A stretch of DNA of 64,000 nt, taken from contig CAVRAG010000007.1 of assembly GCA_963718895.1 (NCBI GenBank), positions 512,001 through 576,000 on the forward strand, written 5' to 3'. Positions 1-8,549 of this stretch are shown one piece after another (position 1 is the first letter of the stretch; every line of letters begins with the position of its first letter). The notes beneath the pieces were generated by a model. The model made no database searches. It was not told the origin of the DNA and saw only the letters and a list, made by a program, of their open reading frames with translations. The DNA comes from an uncultured Nitrososphaerota archaeon (GTDB lineage: Archaea; Thermoproteota; Nitrososphaeria; Nitrososphaerales; Gagatemarchaeaceae). The translations under genes and the position numbers were made by a program.

Positions 1-230
1 ATGGTGGCGAGCATCGCATCCACGCTGGCTGGGTCGGAGACGTCCGCCTGGACGACGATCGCCTTCCCTCCGTCCGAGATGATGGATCCTGCCACGGACT
101 GGGCCTCGGCCTCGCTGTTCCGATGGTTCACCACGACCGTCGCTCCCTCCGCCGCGAACTTCCGTGCGATTGCGGCCCCGATCCCCCGGCTCGAACCGGT
201 GACCAGCGCGCGCTTGCCCTGAAGGCTCAT
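1..230 (-). CDS. SDR family NAD(P)-dependent oxidoreductase (FabG-like), 3' end runs off the window
   Basis: Manual minus-strand translation MSLQGKRALVTGSSRGIGAAIARKFAAEGATVVVN...QADVSD; TGxxxGIG Rossmann motif. Not in the ORF track. Confidence 0.9.
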   Translation of the reverse strand, partial: MSLQGKRALVTGSSRGIGAAIARKFAAEGATVVVNHRNSEAEAQSVAGSIISDGGKAIVVQADVSDPASVDAMLAT

Positions 231-274
231 CGAACCCTTAGCGGGCGACTTTCACTTAAGTTTTGTATCGGCGC

Positions 275-784
275 CTAGGGTCTCGGCATCCTGTCCTTCG
301 CCGTGCCGCCGACGGAGTACTCCTTCAGGAACTTCAGGTTGAAGAGCGATGCGGCGGCCGAGTTCCTCACCAGCTCGTCCTCGTCCTTCAGCGCGGCCTC
401 GAGGGTCGGCCTCGCGGACTGGCTGCCGATCGACCCGAGCGCCGCGGCCGACTCGTGCCTGACTATGGGCTCCTTGTCGTGCCTGACCGCCTCCTCGAGC
501 GCTGGGACCCCGGAGGCGAGCCCCATCTGGCCTAGGGTGAACGCGGCCTCGTGCTTCACGAGCGGGTCGGGATCGTGGAGTACGACGTCAGAGAGTACAG
601 GGACGGCCGTCTCCCCACCGAGCTCGGCTAGGATCGTCACAGCGTGGACGCGCAGGACCAGGCTTGGTTCGTTGACGAGGACGTCAACAAAGAACTGCTC
701 GTTCTTCTTCTCATACTCGTCCTCCATCTGCTTCATCATGGCGAGGCAGTGCTTCTCGTCATCGACGACGGAGCTTGTGTACAC
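275..784 (-). CDS. HEAT-repeat (PBS lyase-like) protein with two DOHH-like HE motifs
   Basis: Repeats LVKHEAAFTLGQMG, IVRHESAAALGSIG, LVRNSAAASL. Confidence 0.85.
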   Translation of the reverse strand: MYTSSVVDDEKHCLAMMKQMEDEYEKKNEQFFVDVLVNEPSLVLRVHAVTILAELGGETAVPVLSDVVLHDPDPLVKHEAAFTLGQMGLASGVPALEEAVRHDKEPIVRHESAAALGSIGSQSARPTLEAALKDEDELVRNSAAASLFNLKFLKEYSVGGTAKDRMPRP

Positions 785-830
785 GCCTCACGGCTCGAAT
801 CTCAGAATCTTATAACCTAAACGACGGGCT

Positions 831-1460
831 TTAGAGAAGCGTAAGCACAGCGGCGAGCGCGCCGTTCTCCGAGTCAGGTTCGCTGGACGATCCCGTCACG
901 ACCACGGCGTCCCCTTCACCGAGGCCTGACTTGCGAACCGTCGTCCACGGTTCGCTTGGTCCGTCCTTCTCGCAGTCCGTGCCCTCCCCTGGGACGGCGA
1001 AGCGGCCCGCCCTGAAGATTGCGGTGAATGCTCCGTCGGCGCCGGCCTTGATAGCGGCATCCCGCTGCTCTATCCCGTAGCGGACCTTCTTGGAGGCGCC
1101 GGCGACCACGACGGCCCAGCACCGTCCGCCAATCTCGAGTGATTCCCCATCCACAGGAGAGGACCAAAGCAGCAGCGATGATATCTTCGCGTACTCTCGC
1201 TCGCCCTTCTTGCTGAGCGCGCACCCGTTGGCTTCTATGATGATTAGGTCGTTGTCCTTCAGCCTCTTGATCAGAGTCCTCACCTCTCCCTGCCCCAGCC
1301 CCGTAAGGGCCCCCAGCCGGCCGCGGCCGACGGACCCTGTCCTCCCTATGGCGATCAGAGCCTTGAGGACGTGGATCTGCGTGAAGACGGCCCGTGGACC
1401 CCGGTATTCGGACTCCAGCACCTCGCGGAGAGTCTCCAGAACCATCTGGCGGGCGTGCAA
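831..1460 (-). CDS. Winged-HTH protein, DUF4443-like
   Basis: N-terminal HTH (GRGRLGALTGLGQGEVRTLIKRL); C-terminal GIEQRDAAIKAGADGA motif. Confidence 0.7.
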   Translation of the reverse strand: MHARQMVLETLREVLESEYRGPRAVFTQIHVLKALIAIGRTGSVGRGRLGALTGLGQGEVRTLIKRLKDNDLIIIEANGCALSKKGEREYAKISSLLLWSSPVDGESLEIGGRCWAVVVAGASKKVRYGIEQRDAAIKAGADGAFTAIFRAGRFAVPGEGTDCEKDGPSEPWTTVRKSGLGEGDAVVVTGSSSEPDSENGALAAVLTLL

Positions 1461-1508
1461 CTCGGAGTTATTTCTCCTTTTGTGAAAGGGTCCGAGGGGT
1501 CGTCATGC

Positions 1509-2096
1509 CTATGGGGAAGTGCATGTCGGAGCATAGCTCGCGGTAATGCCGCAGTAGCTCCAGGCGAAGACTGACCCGTTCGTGGCGGGGAGCTGGTCGG
1601 CGCCGGACTGCGCCACCTCCCATCGCGATGCGCTTCCGTAGGTCCAGAGGAACCACGAGCCCGACCGGGAGTTCTGCAGTCCGTCTATGCCGTTGACAAG
1701 ATGCTCTCCGTATTGCGGGTACCACGTATCATTCAGGTTCCCTCCTGTGACCACGACCGTGGCAAGATACGCGTTCCAGCCTGCCTGCACCGCGGTGTCG
1801 TTGTACCACCTCTGCGTCCCGTTGCCGAAGTCGAGTAGAATGTTGATCGTAGCCACGAACCCCCGCGTCCCGGTCGCAGTCGAAGTCACGGTGTTGGTCA
1901 CTCCACCGCTGACCACGGTGGTGGTTGCCGTCTGGACCGTCGCGCTGGAAGCCTGTTTGAGCTCGCCGAGATACAAGTTGGCGTTGTTCTGGGCCTCGTT
2001 GTACTGGTACAGATAGTAGGCTGCGATCGTCGAGGAAATCAGGATTCCGGCCAGAAGCGCCACGATGATGACGGTGAACGTTCTTGAATCTGTCAA
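1509..2096 (-). CDS. Membrane-anchored DUF4430 / transcobalamin C-terminal-like protein
   Basis: N-terminal TM helix, Thr-rich linker, then YGEHLVNGIDG...WFLW...GADQL...W motif. Confidence 0.65.
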   Translation of the reverse strand: MTDSRTFTVIIVALLAGILISSTIAAYYLYQYNEAQNNANLYLGELKQASSATVQTATTTVVSGGVTNTVTSTATGTRGFVATINILLDFGNGTQRWYNDTAVQAGWNAYLATVVVTGGNLNDTWYPQYGEHLVNGIDGLQNSRSGSWFLWTYGSASRWEVAQSGADQLPATNGSVFAWSYCGITASYAPTCTSP

Positions 2097-2163
2097 GCAG
2101 GCTGGATAATCCAGACAGGTCTTTAAACGTTACATAGGACTGCCGCAGGAGACAGGTCCGAAG

Positions 2164-2628
2164 TTGGCCAAGGAAAGACTTCGGATCGCGGATGCCGGCC
2201 ACAAGGGAAAAGGGGTATTCGCGACCGCAAGGATTGAACCGGGCGAGCTCGTCTGGGATTACGACGGTAAGGAACAGTGGATCTCCGAGATTCCTGAAGC
2301 GCTCTGGCAGTTTGCATTTCAAGTCGACTACGACCGGTACATCGTCCCTGAGAGGGAATCTATCGGCTGGTACCTCAACCACTCGTGCGAGCCGAACTGC
2401 GTCATTCTCGGAAGGACCAGGATAGTCGCGCTGAGCACGATAGAACCCGGAGACGAGGTCACATTCGATTACTCGACGAACGTCGGGTGGGACGGATTCA
2501 CGATGGAGTGCAGGTGCGGGGCACCCGGGTGCAGAAAGGTGGTCCGGAGCTACAGATACCTCAGCCCCGAACTGAGAGGGAGGTACGGAGCGTGCGTCTC
2601 GAGATTCCTCCTCCAGAAAGGGAGCTAG
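2164..2628 (+). CDS. SET-domain protein-lysine methyltransferase with post-SET
   Basis: GKGVFA, YLNHSCEPNC, EVTFDY and post-SET CRCGAPGCR motifs. Confidence 0.9.
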   Translation: MAKERLRIADAGHKGKGVFATARIEPGELVWDYDGKEQWISEIPEALWQFAFQVDYDRYIVPERESIGWYLNHSCEPNCVILGRTRIVALSTIEPGDEVTFDYSTNVGWDGFTMECRCGAPGCRKVVRSYRYLSPELRGRYGACVSRFLLQKGS

Positions 2629-2634
2629 CGAATC

Positions 2635-3396
2635 ATGCAGAAGAGAGCACTCTACTCCCAGTTGGCGCCGTACTACGACAGGATATACTGGGGCAAGGAC
2701 TATGGCAGGGAGGTAGAGTTCCTCGTCGAGCTCTTCCGCAGGAACGGGGTGTCTGGAAGACGCCTGTTGGAGGTCGGCTGCGGGACCGGCAACCACACGA
2801 AGCTCTTCGTTCGCCTAGGATATCAGGTGACCGGGGTCGACCTCAGCGAAGACGTCCTGAAGGTCGCGGCGGGGAAGGTGAGGCACGGCGCGAAGTTCAT
2901 CCGCGGCGACATGAGGGACCTCGGCTCCGCGGTCGAGGGGCAGTTTGACGAGGTCGTCTGTCTCTTCAGCACAATCTCCTACAACCTCACGAGGTCAGAC
3001 CTGAAGAAGACTTTGCGCGGCTTCTTTGACCACGTGACCGACGACGGGATCGTCGCTTTCGACACACACTTCACCAAGAAAGGGTTCCTTGACGGATATC
3101 GTGGCGAGGACATCTTCGATGACGGGAAGGTAATCGGCGCCAGGCTCAGCACCTCGAAGCGCCGCGGGGACATCGGAGAAATCTCCTTCACGTACCTGAT
3201 CAAGGACGGCCGAAAAGTGATTACGCTCAGGGATGACGTGCACAAGCTCGGGCTCTTCGTCCCCGAGGACTTCATTGAGGTTCTCAGAGATGTCGGATTC
3301 AAGACGACGGAGGCGTTCTCGGACTGGAAGTTCAGGAGAGGTAGCAACACCGCCCCATTCAAGGATACGATATTCGTGGGTCGCAAGGGCGATTAG
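2635..3396 (+). CDS. Class I SAM-dependent methyltransferase
   Basis: LLEVGCGTG motif I, GVDLS, GDMRD. Confidence 0.9.
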   Translation: MQKRALYSQLAPYYDRIYWGKDYGREVEFLVELFRRNGVSGRRLLEVGCGTGNHTKLFVRLGYQVTGVDLSEDVLKVAAGKVRHGAKFIRGDMRDLGSAVEGQFDEVVCLFSTISYNLTRSDLKKTLRGFFDHVTDDGIVAFDTHFTKKGFLDGYRGEDIFDDGKVIGARLSTSKRRGDIGEISFTYLIKDGRKVITLRDDVHKLGLFVPEDFIEVLRDVGFKTTEAFSDWKFRRGSNTAPFKDTIFVGRKGD

Positions 3397-3476
3397 GCGC
3401 TTCCGGGCGGACGACGACCGACTTGCACCGCAATCTGAAACATACCCTTTTTAGCACGAGTCAGGGATTCGAATTC

Positions 3477-4586
3477 ATGATTTGTCAAACTTGCGGGGCG
3501 CAACTGCCCGATGACGCCTCATTCTGCTACAAATGTGGAACCAAGGTCAACGCGCCCGCGAGCGGAGCCCAACCGGCCCAGGTCGGTTCCCCGGCCCCAC
3601 GGCCGTCGGGGGCACCCTCCTCTCAGAAGCAGGGACAGATAATCGCCCCGTCTGGTGTGACTTCGATCAAGTGCCCCAACTGCGGCGCACCGATCTCCCC
3701 CAAGTTCGGCGAGATGGTGATAACCTGCGAGTACTGCGGGAGCGGTATCACCCTTGGGACCCAAGGCTGGAGCAACATACAGAAGCAGACGATGCTCCCT
3801 CTAAAGATCGCAGACGCGGCTGGGGTGGATGCGATCATCAGGCCCCTCATGGACAAAGGGCTCCTGCACAGGCACCTCGAGGAGAACTCCACCCAAGAGG
3901 AGATGAGCCTCTCCTATGTGCCCTACTGGATAGTCAGCGTCTCGGCGCGCACGACGGTCGTCGCGACCAACGAGGCTGCACAGATCGGCCAGACGGCGAC
4001 CACCGCAGCGCTGATGGGCGTCATACTCGGCGGGATGGGCGGCGGTTTCGGCGGAGGCGGCGCGAGGGGCGGAGGGCGCAGGCGCGCCTTCGACCTGGCG
4101 GGGACGGGGATGTCGAGGTTGCTAGGCGGGGGCGTGGCGCTGGGCAGGTTCTCGGCCTTCGGCATGGGGATGGGATACGGCGGAGGTGGGATGAGAAGGA
4201 CGGAGCAGATGGACGCGAACTACAACTTTCCGGTGATTGCACTGAAGGCTCTCACGGAATACCAGCCGCGGGACTATCTGTTCGATCTCGCAGACAGGAC
4301 CCTCTTTGACATCGCGAAGCTTCCGAAGAGCATCAAGATCCTCAACGGGGACATCAGCGAGGATGTCGCAAGGTCACAGGCGAAGACCCTCGTCGACCAG
4401 CTTCAGTCGGCGAAGGCGCACGCGAAGTATCACATGATCCAGCAGATAAACACGCAATCAGACGTCGGGGATGTCGAGCTTCTCCACGCGCCCATCTGGT
4501 TCGCGAGGTTCGATCACAAGGGAAACAAGATCATCCTCGTGGTCGACGCAAATTCAGGCCGGGTAATCAACAGCCTTGGGTTGTAG
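3477..4586 (+). CDS. Double zinc-ribbon protein with Gly-rich central segment
   Basis: CQTCG..FCYKCG and CPNCG..CEYCG; YVPYW and LLHAPIW...VVDANSG conserved-looking blocks. Confidence 0.75.
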   Translation: MICQTCGAQLPDDASFCYKCGTKVNAPASGAQPAQVGSPAPRPSGAPSSQKQGQIIAPSGVTSIKCPNCGAPISPKFGEMVITCEYCGSGITLGTQGWSNIQKQTMLPLKIADAAGVDAIIRPLMDKGLLHRHLEENSTQEEMSLSYVPYWIVSVSARTTVVATNEAAQIGQTATTAALMGVILGGMGGGFGGGGARGGGRRRAFDLAGTGMSRLLGGGVALGRFSAFGMGMGYGGGGMRRTEQMDANYNFPVIALKALTEYQPRDYLFDLADRTLFDIAKLPKSIKILNGDISEDVARSQAKTLVDQLQSAKAHAKYHMIQQINTQSDVGDVELLHAPIWFARFDHKGNKIILVVDANSGRVINSLGL

Positions 4587-4702
4587 GGAAGTGTCATGAA
4601 CAGCCCGCGATCGCCCTCTCGCAGGTTCTCGCCGGGCGTGATGGTGGTGTTCACTGTCCGCGACGGCCAGGAGGACCAGCTTCCGACGAAGAGTGGCACT
4701 CG

Positions 4703-5785
4703 ATGAAGGCCTCGAGAATCGCGCTCGTGGTCGCCGTGATCGCTATAGCCACCCTGGTGGGCATCTACGCGTTCGACGCTCTACTCGCGCCCTCGACGAA
4801 GTCGACCAGTTCTCTGTGGAGCGGAGCAGCGGGATATCCCATCCAGGTCAGTGGCACCCCAGGAATTGCAGGAGAGCAGTGCTTCAACAGCACCTCGTAC
4901 ATAGTCTGCATCGGAGGCGGAGACGCCAACGGAGGGCCGCGCAGCGAGGTCTACACCTCCTCGGCCATCTCTCCGTCGTCCACCAACGTCACCTTCTGGA
5001 CGAGGGACACGAATGAGTATCCCCAGAGCATAAACGGGCAGTCGTGCGTGGCTTACTCAGGCTACGTCTATTGCGTCGGGGGAACCTACGATGACGGAGG
5101 AGACGACGTCGCCTCAGGCTACTATGCCCAACTGCGCGGCGACGGTGCCGTCGGTGCGTGGGGCCAAACCACGCCCTTCCCCATCCCCATAGACAGCCAG
5201 TCCTGCGTCGCGTCCTCCGGATACATCTACTGTGTGGGCGGGAACAACGAGACCGATGGCAGCAACGTCGACGCCGCCGAGAGCAGTTCGGTCTGGTACG
5301 CCCAGCTCTCCTCTTCGGGCATAGGCCCATGGAGTGCCTCGACGGCCTACCCAGGGGGCATCTACTTCCCTACGTGCTACACCTCGGACGGATTCATCTA
5401 CTGCGTTGGGGGAGCGGACAGCAACGACAACCCCGTGAACACAGACTTCTTCGCGCCACTCTCCTCCGCGGGCGTGGGAGCATGGACACAGACCACGGCG
5501 TACCCAGTCCAGGCGAGCGGTCAGGCCTGTGTCACCTCCTCAGGCGAAATCTACTGCGTGGGTGGCGAAGGGAGCTTGAACACCTACACTGGCGGAGTCT
5601 ACTATGCTTCGGTATCGTCCGGAGGGATAGGAGCCTGGAAGCAAGCCACAGGGTACCCGATCGAAGTCCAGACTGCCTGCGCAATCTCGTCCGGGCAGAT
5701 CTACTGCGTGGGAGGCTTTGATGCCAGCTCCTCAGGGGAGGACAACTCTGTATACTACGCCTCACTCGCTTCGCTCACGCGCTAG
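4703..5785 (+). CDS. Secreted or membrane-anchored Kelch-like beta-propeller protein
   Basis: N-terminal hydrophobic signal; six repeats of C-x5-YIYCVGG followed by W-x4-YP. Confidence 0.8.
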   Translation: MKASRIALVVAVIAIATLVGIYAFDALLAPSTKSTSSLWSGAAGYPIQVSGTPGIAGEQCFNSTSYIVCIGGGDANGGPRSEVYTSSAISPSSTNVTFWTRDTNEYPQSINGQSCVAYSGYVYCVGGTYDDGGDDVASGYYAQLRGDGAVGAWGQTTPFPIPIDSQSCVASSGYIYCVGGNNETDGSNVDAAESSSVWYAQLSSSGIGPWSASTAYPGGIYFPTCYTSDGFIYCVGGADSNDNPVNTDFFAPLSSAGVGAWTQTTAYPVQASGQACVTSSGEIYCVGGEGSLNTYTGGVYYASVSSGGIGAWKQATGYPIEVQTACAISSGQIYCVGGFDASSSGEDNSVYYASLASLTR

Positions 5786-5856
5786 CACCGGGTTCACCCG
5801 GGGCGAGTAAGATGGCGACGATCGAGTCTCGAGGACGGCTCTGGGATGGATGGGAG

Positions 5857-5985
5857 CGGGCCCGGTGGGATTTGAACTCGTGGGCGCTGTAGCGCCTCCC
5901 ACGACATGCTGGTTACTCCCACAAGCTCGCTAAGAGCCAGCCGCTTTGGTCGATGTACTCTCTAACCTGGCTGAGCCACGGGCCC
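5857..5985 (-). tRNA. tRNA-Lys(CTT) with three introns (about 22/23, 37/38, 53/54)
   Basis: Removing 5946-5961, 5914-5930 and 5877-5897 gives a 75-nt cloverleaf: GGGCCCG/CGGGCCC acceptor, GCTC/GAGC D stem, GCTGG-CTCTTAA-CCAGC anticodon arm, GTGGG-TTCAAAT-CCCAC T arm, discriminator G. Confidence 0.92.
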
Positions 5986-6009
5986 GCGGACACGCGGCCG
6001 CACGACTGG

Positions 6010-6019
6010 CAATTAAAGC
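6010..6019 (-). promoter_or_regulatory. Probable TATA box of tRNA-Lys
   Basis: CTTTAATTG on the minus strand about 25-33 nt upstream of the mature 5' end. Confidence 0.5.
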
Positions 6020-6115
6020 GTTGCTGACGGCGGGGGTTCCCGGTTTGAGCCCCTACGGTGAGGCTGAGCACGACGGATTATTAACGACCCGGTCGCAGCG
6101 ACGCCGGAAGAAATC

Positions 6116-7156
6116 TTGGCAAAGCTGACCTTCGTCGGGCTGGGGCTCGGAGATCAGGGGGCGAGCATCGCCGCCGTCAATGCGATCACGGAGTCTGACG
6201 TCGCGTACCTCGAGTACTACACCACACCACACGCGCCTCGCCTCCTCCAGGAATTGGAGCGTGCATCAGGGCACCCCCTCACGGTGGTCGACAGGTCATT
6301 CGTGGAGGACGGGAAACGAATCCTGCGGGAGGCAGCGGAGGGGAAGGTCGTGCTCGCGGTCCAGGGAGACCCCATGATTGCGACGACCCATGGCGATCTG
6401 AGGGTCAGGGCCATCACGAACGGAATTGAGACCTCGGTGATCCACGGGACCACCATCGCTGCGGCGGCTGCGAGCGCCAGCGGCCTGCACTACTACAAGT
6501 TCGGCGCGACCGTGACGTTTACCAAAGACAGCGTAAACTATCACCAGCAGGTCTACTCGAGGGTTCACAAGAACCTGCTCGAGGGATCGCATACGCTGCT
6601 CCTTCTGGAGTTCGACACCGAGAGGGGCGAAGGCGCGAGCCCTGCATCGCTGATGGAAGGCCTCCTCGCCGCGGAGAGGAATTTCAAGAGAGAGGTCATG
6701 AGCGAGCGGACCTTCATGCTCGTGCTGAGCAGGGTGGGCACCGAGGGCGAGAGGGTCCACGCTGGGACGATCGGGGAGCTCCAGACGGTCGAGTATGGTG
6801 AGCCCCCCCACGTCGCGATCGTCCCCGGAAGGCTGCACTTCAGCGAGGCCGAGTCGCTCGCCGCGGTCTGCGGGCGGGCACAGGCGGACATCCCAGACAA
6901 TTCAGCGTCGGTGATGAGGACCGCCCAGGTGCTCGTCCCAAGGTACGCTGAAAAGGCTAAGAAGGCCCTCGGGACTGCGAGGGCCACCTTGAAGGAGGAC
7001 CACGACGAACTCTTCGAGAACAGCGAGCTCTACATCAAGGACGCCGAGAGCTTCCTTGCGAACGGGCAGGACGAGCTAGCGATGCTCAGCGTCGGATATG
7101 CCGAGGGGCTGATTGACGCTCTCACTTTCACCGGGAAGATAAAGCTGGACTGGTAG
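6116..7156 (+). CDS. dph5: Diphthine synthase fused to C-terminal DUF357-like domain
   Basis: LTFVGLGL, YLEYYT, GDPMIATTH, GLHYYKFG, HTLLLL; C-terminal YIKDAESF...SVGYAEGLIDAL. Confidence 0.9.
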   Translation: MAKLTFVGLGLGDQGASIAAVNAITESDVAYLEYYTTPHAPRLLQELERASGHPLTVVDRSFVEDGKRILREAAEGKVVLAVQGDPMIATTHGDLRVRAITNGIETSVIHGTTIAAAAASASGLHYYKFGATVTFTKDSVNYHQQVYSRVHKNLLEGSHTLLLLEFDTERGEGASPASLMEGLLAAERNFKREVMSERTFMLVLSRVGTEGERVHAGTIGELQTVEYGEPPHVAIVPGRLHFSEAESLAAVCGRAQADIPDNSASVMRTAQVLVPRYAEKAKKALGTARATLKEDHDELFENSELYIKDAESFLANGQDELAMLSVGYAEGLIDALTFTGKIKLDW

Positions 7157-7160
7157 AATC

Positions 7161-7760
7161 ATGAACGGGAAAGATCTCCTGAGGGCGGTGTACGCGACCA
7201 GGCTGCGCGACGGCGCTGCCACCGTGAACGCGCTCTCGATCGTTCTAAGATCGACGCCTGTGGAGGTTCGCGAGCTGCTCGCGAGGGCGTCGGCCGATGG
7301 CACGGTGGAGGTCAGCGACCAGGGGGTGAACCTCACCGCGAAAGGGAGAGGCGAGCTGAAAGTGGTCATGATAGGCGGCGCCTTCGAGATAATACACCCT
7401 GGCCACGTCCACACCATAGAGGAGGCAAAGAGGCTCGGCGACACCCTAGTGGTCGTCGTGGCAGCCGACGGGACAGTTCTGAAGAACAAGGGGCGTGACC
7501 CTGTGACGCCCCAAGAATGGAGGGTCAAGCTCGTTTCTTCGCTGAGGGAGGTCGACGCCGCGCTCCCCGGCGGTCACGGAAGTATCTACGACACTCTGGA
7601 GAAGGTGAGGCCGGACTTCGTGGCCCTGGGATACGACCAGAAGCACAATCCGCAGGACATAGAGAACGAGGCCAGAAGGAGGGGCATGGAGCTGAGCGTC
7701 GTCAGGCTGAACTCGCCCATACCCGGCGTCAAGACCTCGAAGATAGTAAGCACTCTGTGA
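7161..7760 (+). CDS. ribL: FAD synthase (cytidylyltransferase family) with N-terminal HTH-like extension
   Basis: GGAFEIIHPGHV (HxGH), ALGYDQ, KTSKI; convergent with ribK. Confidence 0.75.
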   Translation: MNGKDLLRAVYATRLRDGAATVNALSIVLRSTPVEVRELLARASADGTVEVSDQGVNLTAKGRGELKVVMIGGAFEIIHPGHVHTIEEAKRLGDTLVVVVAADGTVLKNKGRDPVTPQEWRVKLVSSLREVDAALPGGHGSIYDTLEKVRPDFVALGYDQKHNPQDIENEARRRGMELSVVRLNSPIPGVKTSKIVSTL

Positions 7761-7761
7761 G

Positions 7762-8440
7762 CTAGGCGGAGACCGTCACCGTCACCTCGTCGCCCTCCCT
7801 TACCCCTAGGTCCTTCCTGAAGTTGACCGGCGAGATGATCTCCAGGACGCTGTCGTCGTAGTGGGTCCTGTCGATCACGAGCACGGCAGCGGGGATACCT
7901 CCCGTTCACGAGGGCCCTGTAGCACCTCGCTCCGCCGTAGGTGCGCGTCCCGTTCTCGAAGCCCTGTATCCTGAGCCCCTCGCGTGAGCGGAGCTCGCGC
8001 TTCTGCTCCATCTGGATCGGCGACTCGAGCTTCACGTTGAATGTCCCTGGAAACGGGTCGAACCCTAGGACCTTTACGAACTGGCTCTTGTAACCCTCTA
8101 GACCGATGTAGTAAGCTCCCTCGCCGAGACCCTGGAAGACGCGACCCTTGAAGACGACGTCCTTGCCCTTCTCCTCCACAGCGGCCTTCAGCTGTGAGTA
8201 GTGCGAGCGCACAAGATCATAACCCTTCGGGGTGAGCTTGATCGCGAAGCGGAGACCCGCCCTCTTCCTTTCAATCAGGCCCAGCTTCTCGAGCTTCTGG
8301 AGGTGCTGCGAGGCGGCCTGCTGGCTCTGGCCCATCTTGGACGCGAGGTCTTCGGAGGACACATTCACGAACCTTGTGTGTGCCTTCAGCTTCACTAGCT
8401 CAAAGAGCTCCGACATTAGGATTGGGCTAAGCTTCTCCAT
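7762..8440 (-). CDS. ribK: CTP-dependent riboflavin kinase with N-terminal HTH (RbkR-like); +1 frameshift near 7892
   Basis: SQQAASQHL HTH, GLGEGAYY, PFPGTFNV; after removing one C of CCCC the frame continues ...IDRTHYDDSVLEIISPVNFRKDLGVREGDEVTV to TAG at 7762. Confidence 0.9.
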
Positions 8441-8549
8441 ATCAAATCATCTCCGGGGTCTGTCAGAGCAAGCCTTCAGCCCGACGTATAAGACCGTATT
8501 TACACATCTTTGGCCCGGCCTCCGCACCCCAGGAGACGGTCCATGTCGC

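Noticed and set aside
6116-7156. Dph5-DUF357 fusion as a novelty
   Set aside because: Recalled as a known architecture in this group of archaea.
7586-8440. Programmed frameshifting or pseudogene status of ribK (also rdgB, lysX)
   Set aside because: No slippery heptamer or stimulatory structure is evident; homopolymer-type errors explain it more simply.
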